DNA of 62,581 nucleotides, filler included, from Nemertoderma westbladi (Eukaryota > Animalia > Xenacoelomorpha), in assembly GCA_032718475.1 (NCBI GenBank). It is 3 parts of 3 records of this genome, joined end to end, with 100 filler letters (N's around TTAATTAATTAA, not from the genome) between each part and the next. Parts side by side here need not be neighbours in the genome. Positions count along the whole stretch, not along the records: positions 1 to 31,017 come from JAUCBJ010006601.1; positions 31,118 to 58,471 come from JAUCBJ010000878.1; 1 more part is not named here. One strand, written 5' to 3'. The number at the start of each line of letters is the position of its first letter. The first letter of the stretch is position 1. The position numbers were made by a program, and so were the translations under genes. Below are positions 27,201 through 37,100 of the stretch, piece after piece. The notes under the pieces were generated by a model. That model was not told the origin of the DNA. It made no database searches and saw only the letters and a program-made list of their open reading frames with translations.

Positions 27201-27912
27201 AAGCGTAGATGAAATGATTACCCTACGCTACATTCGAGCCTGGGAAGCGAATGCAGATCTACACTGTGAGTCACGTCATCGATATTACCCTGGACGTGCC
27301 TATGAAGGAGTTTATGCGTTTCACCCGTATCTATTCGTGTCCGTTGAACAAAAATCTCGCACACCGAGTTACGAACTAATGAAGCGTGTTGGCGAGAATA
27401 TTTCGACCAAATTTGTTCGTAAATATCTCAGGAACATTAATCCCAATGATCTTAATTCCTATAACTTGATCAACTTCATCCGTCAAGATCCGGAATATGA
27501 TGACTTGTTCATCAACTCGCATCCAGAACTACAGGAAGTTCATAGACGATCCTATGAATATAGAGCCCGAGAACGCGAGTTAGAAAGAACCATCAAACCG
27601 AGGAAATTTCTCACTACTCACGGTCCACCTACTGCTCTCGTGCAGACGACTCGTCAGGGACCAGTAAGAGCTGCTGTCTTGAAACGCGCTCTGAAGGTTG
27701 TTCGACCTTGCTCCACTGAGGTTGATATCGATCAACCGGGTACCTCGACCGGCGGATACACCGACTGTAACCCTAAACCTTCCGATGCAATTGTATTGCA
27801 CTCTTCACCCAGGAGTTATAGCCCTCCTAGTAAAGTGGCTCGCCCCAAAGAGAAAAGGACTCTTGCTAGCCTCAAAAAACTGCGTAAACGCCGTTCGCGT
27901 AAGAAGGACTAA
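24214..27912 (+). CDS. Retrotransposon accessory ORF3, 1232 aa: putative DnaQ/DEDDy 3'-5' exonuclease-like domain + CCHC zinc knuckles + basic tail
   Basis: Uninterrupted ORF; GVVTYDNEG (ExoI-like), LPQPVLEMLFNERILKIGSAVYGNL (ExoII-like), FVDTQLIA, TSIGHLAFQEYGWNFK, GPLTAPGVVYSFMS (ExoIII-like); CHHCQLKGHASFDC is an exact CX2CX4HX4C; ends KKLRKRRSRKKD. The ORF itself is certain; the domain call is by eye. Confidence 0.7.
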   Translation: MMYLTADRPLPVVPDSFEQMEEYCKTGERSPAFPLQDMRLWYYCDECPRPNQQTERHKHPRRRCAKHSFTRYTYGSFERNLFDVSPTLARLKRSLNKPMIRVPEYSVRPPHSLVRPQTLDPNSITDPPELYSLFKDLVLPEQLIGGTPVVGSLDIRPSYLVRLGRGHLISPFNPYNHPCLTPIQPVTEVEESVVRNALDAIRQKIGKGTYNCLEKRRLQQQVQAVKELALPQFDREVQNLKEDIELGQTYSLQEFLDECFQRQAEENQLEEKHIEMDEREEAALAQPEAQILMTDLYSKTIIHPSMVPHFGDKLFATVQPQPVDINLRSRDLMADAPVLQRPPIEAARVDGILIEPPDNRADLVRRMVHEPLPNSFYGIKDHPYYVNLTQYYMVKPEDPTQSLGFLPLINPLDLVELEQLQKHLDQLVKVNSFRKPYNVSRIEKDIMPPYNLDGFIKTRLVHWNLDVLFEEERIQRYGDVETYTTQYLKYRDLPNASECATLWHPVGMTLENATKEWNETLNVIKMYGVVTYDNEGSVPVGELGTTRMIHIRGLAVSTHVFTRACSDVIDYSFETLTEIQKKLRHGQFELTQRYVTDTERKPAMGIDGSMLPQPVLEMLFNERILKIGSAVYGNLQNDFRNMENIPYPFVDTQLIAPWAEGQGFFRTMYANTPSGINKVQRTSIGHLAFQEYGWNFKVGNPINYQQVYGDHYSRLYFDGPLTAPGVVYSFMSVPLRPSLAIYTIFENAALAGWLADVCSRTIRAHPLILGTKLAKLDEHNKFIRFECFRRFLTPFRNVDSQFKDRALTKLSLRDSAAEKLDSAGFAIFKDVCIQNLHSSVIQRPRIPTGYSIVEVQTVGSLEETATPTSAMQLEDEPICLESEEIQPTAPRSSDNDYVLEWYQGPQCLTTYDYRHANYVSRKRCRLCASRDHFTPVDSNVPCSYFHEQPTMEIYCAYCRLNNLHIFAVCPQFITQCHHCQLKGHASFDCPFNRDLESVDEMITLRYIRAWEANADLHCESRHRYYPGRAYEGVYAFHPYLFVSVEQKSRTPSYELMKRVGENISTKFVRKYLRNINPNDLNSYNLINFIRQDPEYDDLFINSHPELQEVHRRSYEYRARERELERTIKPRKFLTTHGPPTALVQTTRQGPVRAAVLKRALKVVRPCSTEVDIDQPGTSTGGYTDCNPKPSDAIVLHSSPRSYSPPSKVARPKEKRTLASLKKLRKRRSRKKD

Positions 27913-27990
27913 CTGTTTAGAGTATTTTTATATTTTAGAAACTGTGATTTTTGATATTTTATAGAATTAAATCCCATTTTCTGGCAGCGG

Positions 27991-29174
27991 TGTAAAAGCT
28001 TTTGCGGACATAACAAGTCATTTTTCTCCGCAATATACCGTGTAGGTGCTTTAGCGGACATAACAAGTCATTTTCTCCGCAATGTACCGTGTAGGTGCTT
28101 TAGCGGACATAACAAGTCATATTTTGCCGCAATGCGCCTAATCCTCTAAACGACTGGAACTCAGATGACGAAATCTGTCAGCTGATTTACTGTAAACGTG
28201 GAACCTCTCTTTGTTCTGCTCAGCCAATCAGAGCGATTTTCATTTTATGTTGGACAAGGGCCTATGTAAAACCGCGCAATGCATTACGGTCTTTGTTTAC
28301 CTTTTTCTGAGCCTCGGAACACCGGCTTAGAATTCTTCTGTGCTTCTGTAGAAGTTTCAGACTTTGGCCAAACATTAGATGGCTTTGATTACAGGAACGT
28401 AAATCTATTATCTGGAAACATTACCTGATGCACTGGCTGCATTTACCTGACAAACTGATTGAACTCAATGCACTACGTAACACATATTGATTGTTCACCG
28501 CATTATTTTACTTCTATTATTAATTGTTGTTATATTGATGTATATTGCTGATATATTTGGAGAATACCGATGAATAATCATAAAACCCCAATCTTCTTGA
28601 TTACTGAAGGTAAGAGGGACCGGTTACCTGTAGCAATTGCGACTTACATTATAGTGGTTTTTGTGTGAATTAAATGCATTTCATAATCCCTACATGTGTC
28701 AGTTGCTATCCTCATTATATATGATCAAATTCAGTCACGGTCGGCAGATCAGTGTGCAGTAGTGTGAAGTCGTGTGAGGTAGTGTGACAGAAAATAAAGC
28801 ATCTCCTAAAGAATGCGCTACTTACGAAACTCAGTAGCCATCTAGTTGTGATTAGTATAAGTCATAACTCTGTTTTTATACTTAAAGCGCCATGTCCTAA
28901 AGGAACTGTTAATATTTCCCCGAAAGTAAATAATATTGTCAGAGATTATATAGTAACGATCAATCGAATAATACAGTAGGTCTGCACCGCAATCACTTTC
29001 AAAGCACCCGAATCCAGTCTCCCTTAACTGTGGGTGAATGATCGCGCATAGACTGGCTTCGGCTAATGTAATTTCATGTGCACTAAATAATTGTTATAGG
29101 CTAAAGTCGATTTATAAACAAGAGGACACCTAAAATTGGCAGGTTAAACTGCTAAAGGTCTGAAAGCGCGAACA
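27991..29174 (+). repeat. 3' LTR of copy A
   Basis: Starts TGTAAAAGC after GGCAGCGG, ends GCGCGAACA (or AACACA at 29176) where homology with copy B stops; about 50-bp tandem repeats at 28004-28135. Confidence 0.7.
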
Positions 29175-29179
29175 CAACT

Positions 29180-29820
29180 AGAAGTTAGATGGGAGAATAG
29201 GTCTATTATAATGTCCCTGCTTTCAGAGGATGACATTCTTGGAGCCAATGATACTGGGAGGGTGGGTCACTTCCATGTTCAAAGAAATTAATTGCGATGA
29301 AACATCCTTTTCTGCAAACAGCTTAGGTACACAGAATCGTTCAGGGAGGACCTGCCCCTTTCTAATTAAGTTTGAATGCAAGGCAAATCGAGATCAAATT
29401 CTGAAGCTGAAGCAAAGTAAAGAACCATTCAGTAAAATTTACATAAAGAAAGATGTTCACTCCACTTGTAGAACAGACTGTCTGCGGAAGTAAGTGGAAA
29501 AAGTATACTGGAAAATGCGGATGCTGATATACGCTATGATCAACGACAACGAGCCAGTAGTGTAGGCCTACTGTATGCAATGGAGTTGTTATATCACCAC
29601 CTATTTCAAATAGCACTTTCAAAATTTCACCTATTTCACATGGAGATTTTGTAAGAATTTGTTCATGTAATAGTGCAGGTATACGTGACAAGGTTAGATT
29701 GAATTGGTTTTTCGAATAATTTGTTCAGTTTGACATTATACTTAAAGATGAAATAAAGACAGAGACTGTAAGTGTAGCATTCCAGGGTTCCAGGCTATTA
29801 CTTGCCCGGATACTGCTGCT
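29180..29820 (+). mobile_element. Decayed LINE (CR1/L2-like) ORF1 and start of endonuclease
   Basis: RTCPFLIKFECKANRDQILKLK..IYIKKD resembles LINE ORF1; ICSCNSAGIRDK resembles the start of an APE endonuclease. Confidence 0.45.
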
Positions 29821-30235
29821 CCACACAGTGGGGGAACTGCACTATGTATGAAAATCTATTTGTACAAAAATATATATAAAATGGTAATCAGCATTCCAGG
29901 CGACTTCAATGCATTTAAAACATAAAGTAAAATAGTAATGGGGATGCTCTGTACCAGATTATCACTGACTCAGAGTTAGATTATGTTAAGGACTTGGGAG
30001 ATAACATCACTAATTACACATTTCGAAAGAAAAACAATTGGAACTCCCATATTGGTTATCGTTTGATTTGGTGGCCAGGTGATGTAAGACACTTTAATAA
30101 AAACCAAGATAAAAAATCCCTTCTGATCATGAATCCCTGGATCTTCTATTAAAGGTGAATGTATTGAACTCCTCCATTATATCGAATTTAAAAATTCAAT
30201 CATGTGATTTGGGAAGAGTTGTGACAAGCCATTAA

Positions 30236-31017
30236 CCCTATTAAACCCGGGGGGGGGGGGGTCAATATGACCCCCCCCCCGTGGTTTTTTTATTATAATT
30301 CTGAAACAAACGCAGTTGGGAATCTGAAATGTTATGACTTTTCCTAAAAATCTATTGTCTTCCTAGTAGTGAAAACCGTTTTCAAAAATATTGGGTACTT
30401 TTCGAGTTATAGCACCTTTTTTTAACCCTACTTTTGGCACTTTTTTTGAGACGTTTTTTGAAAATTACATTTCATTAAATATGAATTGTAACATCTCTAT
30501 TTTTGATTTACACCGGTTTTTTGGTGTTAGAAATTTGATTGAATTCATATAAATTGATTTAGAAATTTCAAACGTGTTTTTTTCGATGGGTGCCAAATTT
30601 TGGTGCCAGCACCAAATTTTGAAATAAGTCAATTTTGTAAATTGATCGTTTGAAACTTGTTTTTTACGCAATTGGGGTTTTTTGGGTTTCTAGATTCGAA
30701 GAAATATATACGAGTTGCACCAAGCGTATCAAACTTGTATTTTTCGGTGCTGTGTGCAAATTTTGGTGCTAGCACGAAATTTTGAAAATCCATTCAATAG
30801 ATAAAATTGCTTGTGACAACTTATTTCTTGCGTTTTGGAGGTTTATGGCTGTTCTGAATTCAATGGAAAATATAATTATCGAACGAGACATCTCAAACTT
30901 GTATTTTTCGGATGTGGGTGCAAAATGTGGTGCTAGCACCAAATTTTGAAAACCATCAAATATATCAATTGATTGTGTCACCTTGTTTCTTGCGTTATAC
31001 GGGTTTATGATGGTTCT
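30236..31017. mobile_element. piggyBac-like non-autonomous element end, cut by gap
   Basis: TTAA|CCCT terminus followed by (G)n-TCAATATGA-(C)n hairpin; internal repeats CAAATTTTGGTGCTAGCAC; the other end is not visible. Confidence 0.5.
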
Positions 31018-31117
31018 NNNNNNNNNNNNNNNNNNNNNNNNNNNNNNNNNNNNNNNNNNNNTTAATTAATTAANNNNNNNNNNNNNNNNNNNNNNNNNNN
31101 NNNNNNNNNNNNNNNNN
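31018..31117. other. Assembly gap with artificial linker
   Basis: N-run with TTAATTAATTAA (stops in all six frames) at 31062-31073. Confidence 0.95.
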
Positions 31118-34100
31118 AAGTGTGGCCGTTTGTTTAATTTTCCTTAGCTTCGTGGTTGCATTTCCTTTAGGAAATGCCTTTCTCGTATATTTTAATTTAA
31201 TTATGCAATCCGCAGTTTTACTATTTACCCTGTTGGGGGTGTAGACGTAGAGGCTAAATATATAATTGTACAAACCCCAATTTACCACGGTATTGGTAGT
31301 GGTAATAAATGAAAGGCACGGGGGTGTCCTTCGTTGTTCCCACAAGCATATCCCCCCACATTTGTCAACCACAAGTAGCCATCCCCTGTCTCCATCACAG
31401 CCTCCATAATTTCGGTTTATGAAGAAGTGTCGGCTAAATGAATTCAAAATATGTCAATTAATTATATTAAAAAATTGAAATAATTAGTATTTTGTCCACG
31501 AAGCTAAGGAAAATCAACTACTTTCGCTAAGAAAGATTTTCCTTAGCTGAGATGGTCTATTCATAGTGGGCTATTTTACTTGTATGAGGCAGATTTGGGG
31601 TTTTTTGATAGGTGAAAAAACTAGCCTTTAAAAGTACCCTGAAATTTTGCATGTATATACTACTCGACGAGGCGCATCTTTTGGGCCGGGTCTCATATCC
31701 AGGAAAAATCTGGTTTCCATGGCAACGGACTTCAAAAAAAGTCTATGTATTTCAAGTCAATATTTAGAACTCTATTTGTAGGAAAACTATAATAGATATA
31801 AACTTGGGGTTTCGCAACACAACTATAAGGTCCATAGCAGATCCGATTGAGGCTAAATAGAAAATCCAGTTACCTTGGCAACCGGGATAAACAGATGTTA
31901 AAATTTATAAAATGTTAATTTGAGGCCTAAGGGCAAGGTGTTATGACTTGGGACCAACCCCTACCCCCACTATATAACTTATTCTGCATCCGAATTACAT
32001 TGTTCTATTTTTCAGTTACCATGACAACCGCTGAAAACAGATGTTTTTATTCAAAACTTATTCATTTGGACATAGACTTCACGATAAAATTTTACAAAAC
32101 TGGGTATGTGTTATCTGGACCACTAGTTGGAACTTTTAGTGAAACTTAAATTATTCCAGAAATTTAGTTACCATGGTAACTGTAGTTTATTAAACTCTAT
32201 ATCATTCAAATCTATATTGATAACTCTATTTGTAGAAAAACTGTAATATATATAAACTTGGGGTTTTGCAACTCATCTATAAGATCCATATCCAAGCCGT
32301 TTGAGGTTAATTAGAAAATACAGTTACCATAGCAACAAGTCTAAACAGATGTTAAAATTTATAAAATGATAATTTGAAGCACAAGTTAATAGTATTATGA
32401 CTTGGGACTAACCCCTACCCCCACTATGTGACTTATTCTGCATCCGAATTACATTGTTCTATTTTTCAGTTTCCAGGAGAACCACTGCAAACAGATGCAT
32501 TTTGATAGACAATCGGTAATTTGGACATAAACTACAATATTTTCTGAAACTCAGTATATGTGTTATCTGAACCACAATCTGTACTGAATTTTTTTTCAAA
32601 GGTTAAAGCAACAGTTCCAGAGAACTCTAGTTTCCATGGGAATAGAAGTTAATTATTGACAATTGCTACTAAACGAGGCTAAAGCAACGAACCAAAGTGT
32701 GGCCGTTTGTTTAATTTTCCTTAGCTTCGTGGTTGCATTTCCTTTAGGAAATGCCTTTCTCGTTTATTATTCATAAGTTTTAAAAACTGCAAGTTATGAT
32801 GCAGTAAGTTCCACGAAGCTAAGGAAAATCAACTACTTTCGCTAAGAAAGATTTTCCTTAGCTGAGATGGTCTATTCATAGTGGGCTATTTTACTTGTAT
32901 GGGGCAGATTTGGGGTTTTTTGGTCGGGGAAAAAACTAGCCTTTAAAAGTACCCTGAAATTTTGCATGTATGTACTACTCATCGAGGCGCGTCGTGTGGG
33001 ATGGGTCTCATATTCAGGAAAAATCTGGTTTCCATGGCAACGGACTTAGAAAAAAGTCTATGTATTTCAAGTCAATATTTATAACTCTATTTGTAGGAAA
33101 ACTATAATACATATAAACTTGGGATTTCTCAACTCAACTATAAGGTCCATAGCAGAGCCGATTGAGGTTAAATAGAAATTCCAGTTACCTTGGCAACCGG
33201 GCTAAACAGATGTTAAAATTTATAAAATGTTAATTTGAAGCCTAAGGTTAATGTGTTATGTCTTGGGACCAACCCCTACCCCCACTATATGACTTATTCT
33301 GCGTCCGAATTTCATTGTTTAATTTTGCAGTTACCATGACAACCGCTGAAAACAGATGTTTTTATACAAAAATAACTCATTTGGACATAGACTTCGCGAT
33401 AAAATTTTACGAAATTGGATATGTGTTATCTGGACCACTAGTTGGATCTTTTAGTAAAACCTAAAACATTCCATAAATATCTTGTTACCATGGTAACTGG
33501 AGTTTATTAAAGTCGATATCATTCAAGTCTAAATTCAATACTCTATTTGCAGCAAAATAATGTAATAAATATAAATTTGGGGTTTTGCAAGTCATCTGTA
33601 AGGTCCATATCCACGAAGCTAAGGAAAATCAACTACTTTCGCTAAGAAAGATTTTCCTTAGCTGAGATGGTCTATTCATAGTGGGCTATTTTACTTGTGT
33701 GAGGCAGATTTGGGGTTTTTTGATAGGCGAAAAAACTAGCCTTTAAAAGTACCCTGAAATTTTGCATGTATATACTACTCGACGAGGCGCATCTTTTGGG
33801 CCGGGTCTCATATCCAGGAAAAATCTGGTTTCCATGGCAACGGACTTCAAAAAAAGTCTATGTATTGAAAGTCAATATTTATAACTCTATTTGTAGGAAA
33901 ACTATAATAGATATAAACTTGGGGTTTCGCAACACAACTATAAGGTCCATAGCAGATCCGATTGAGGCTAAATAGAAAATCCAGTTACCTTGGCAACCGG
34001 GATAAACAGATGTTAAAATTTATAAAATGTTAATTTGAAGCCTAAGGGCAAGGTGTTATGACTTGGGACCAACCCCTACCCCCACTATATAACTTATTCT

Positions 34101-37100
34101 GCATCCGAATTACATTGTTCTATTTTTCAGTTACCATGACAACCGCTGAAAACAGATGTTTTTATTCAAAACTTATTCATTTGGACATAGACTTCACGAT
34201 AAAATTTTACAAAACTGGGTATGTGTTATCTGGACCACTAGTTGGAACTTTTAGTGAAACTCAAAACATTCCAGAAATATCTAGTTACCGTGGTAACTGG
34301 AGTTTATTACAGATTATATCATTCAAGTCTATATTCATAACTCTATTTGTAGAAAAACCGCAATAGATATAAACTTGGGGTTTCTCAACTCAACTATAAG
34401 GTTCATATCCAAGCCGTTCGAGGTTAATTAGAAATTCCAGTCACCATAGCAACAAGACTAAACAGATATTAAAATTTATAAAATGATAATTTGAAGCACA
34501 AGTTAATAGTATTATGACTTGGGACCAACACCTACCCCCACTATATGACTTATTCTGCATCCGAATTACATTGTTCTATTTTTCAGTTTCCATGACAACC
34601 ACTACAAACAGATGCATTTTGATAGAAAATCGGTAATTTGGACATAAACTACAATATTTTCTAAAACTCAGTACATGTGTTATCTGAACCACAATCTGTA
34701 CTGAATTTTTTTTCAAAGGTTAAAGCAACAGTTCCAGCGAACTCTAGTTTCCATGGGAATAGAAGTTAATTATTGACAATTGCTACTAAACGAGGCTAAG
34801 CAAGCAACGAACCAAAGTGTGGCCGTTTGTTTAATTTTCCTTAGCTTCGTGGTTGCATTTCCTTTAGGAAATGCCTTTCTCGTACAATCCATTCGAGGTT
34901 AATTACACAATCCAATTACCATAGCAACAAGACTAAACAGATGTTAAAATTTCTAAAATGATAATTTGAAACACAAGTTAATAGTATTATGACTTGGGAC
35001 CAAGACCTACCCCCATTATATGACTTATTCTGCATCCGAATTACATTGTTCTATTTTCCAGTTTCCATGACAACCACTGCAAACAGATGCATTTTGATAG
35101 AAAATCGGTAATTTGGACATAAACTACAATATTTTCTGAAACTCAGTATGTCCACGAAGCTAAGGAAAATCAACTACTTTCGCTAAGAAAGATTTTCCTT
35201 AGCTGAGATGGTCTATTCATAGTGGGCTATTTTACTTGTGTGAGGCAGATTTGGGGTTTTTTGATAGGCGAAAAAACTAGCCTTTAAAAGTACCCTGAAA
35301 TTTTGCATGTATATACTACTCGGCGAGGCGCATCTTTTGGGCCGGGTCTCATATCCAGGAAAAATCTGGTTTCCATGGCAACGGACTTCAAAAAAAGTCT
35401 ATGTATTTCAAGTCAATATTTATAACTCTATTTGTAGGAAAACTATAATAGATTTAAACTTGGGGTTTTGCAACACAACTATAAGGTCCATAGCAGATCC
35501 GATTGAGGCTAAATAGAAAATCCAGTTACGTTGGCAACCGGGATAAACAGATGTTAAAATTTATAAAATGATAATTTGAGGCCTAAGGGCAAGGTGTTAT
35601 GACTTGAGACCAACCCCTACCCCCACTATATAACTTATTCTGCATCCGAATTACATTGTTCTATTTTTCAGTTACCATGACAACAGCCGAAAACAGATGT
35701 TTTTATACAAAAATTATTCATTTGGACATAGACTTCGCGATAAAATTTTACAAAACTGGGTATGTGTTATCTGCACCACTAGTTGGAACTTTTAGTGAAA
35801 CTTAAATCATTCCAGAAATTTAGTTACCATGGTAACTGTAGTTTATTAAACTCTATATCATTCAAGTCTATATTGATAACTCTATTTCTAGCAAAACTGT
35901 AATATATATAAACTTGGGGTTTTGTAACTCATCTATAAGGTCCATATACAAGCCGTTCGAAGTTAATTAGAAAATCCATTTACCATAGCAACAAGAGTAA
36001 ACAGATGTTAAAATTAATAAAATGATAATTTGAAGCACAATTTAATAGTATTATGACTTGGGACCAACACCTACCCCCACTATATGACTTATTCTGCATC
36101 CGAATTACATTGTTCTATTTTTCAGTTTCCATGACAACCACTGCAAACAGATGCATTTTGATAGAAAATCTGTAATTTGGACATAAACTACAATATTTTC
36201 TGAAACTCGATGTGTTATCTGAAAAACAATCTGGACTGAATCTTTTTTCAAAGGTAAAACCAACAGTTCCAGAGAACTCTAGTTTCCATGGGAATAGAAG
36301 TTATTTATTGGCAAATGCTACTAAACTAGGCTAAGCAACGAACCAAATTGTGGCCGTTTGTTTAATTTTCCTTAGCTTCGTGGTTGCATTTCCTTTAGGA
36401 AATGCCTTTCTAGTATTATTATTACCTCTGTCTGTCTGTCATGCTTATAATGGCCTTTGGTGAGACATCAGCTACTGGGTGTGGGTTCGCAGGGGATTCA
36501 TAATCAAAACGGGTTTTGGAACTACCGCTAAGGCGCTAACATGAAGGGATGAATCCACGAAGCTAAGGAAAATCAACTACTTTCGCTAAGAAAGATTTTC
36601 CTTAGCTGAGATGGTCTATTCATAGTGGGCTATTTTACTTGTGTGAGGCAGATTTGGGGTTTTTTAAGTCCAGCCAAAACTAGCCTTTAAAAGTACCCTG
36701 AAATTTTGCATGTATGTACTACTCGTCGAGGCGCATCGTGTGGGCTGGGTCTCATATCCAGGAAAAATCTGGTTTCCATGGCAACGGACATAGAAAAAAG
36801 TCTATGTATTTCAAGTCAATATTTATAACTCTATTTGTAGGAATACTATAATAGATATAAACTTGGGGTTTCACAACTCAACTATAAGGTCCATAGCAGA
36901 GCCGATTGAAGTTAAATAGAAAATCCAGTTACCTTGGCAACCAGGCTAAACAGATGTTAAAATTTATAAAATGTTAATTTGAAGCCTAAGGTTAATGTGT
37001 TATGACTTGGGACCAACCCCTACCCCCACTATATAACTTATTCTGCGTCCGAATTTGATTGTTCTATTTTGCAGTTGCCATGACAACCGCTGAAAACAGA

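Larger units (their letters stand above)
14050..29174 (+). mobile_element. BEL/Pao LTR retrotransposon (copy A), 5' LTR missing, carrying an extra 3' ORF
   Basis: gag-pol with Pao domain order, 1.7-kb spacer, 1232-aa ORF, then TG...CA LTR. Confidence 0.9.

Noticed and set aside
24214-27912. ORF3 as an envelope glycoprotein
   Set aside because: No visible signal peptide or transmembrane segment; basic NLS-like tail and zinc knuckles instead.
10647-29174. Single element with inverted LTRs (DIRS- or Polinton-like)
   Set aside because: Arms are clearly diverged and unequal, no TSD, DDE integrase rather than tyrosine recombinase, no polB or capsid genes.
31062-31073. TTAATTAATTAA palindrome inside the gaps (also 58516-58527)
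   Set aside because: Identical artificial contig linker; adjacency across both gaps is therefore unproven.
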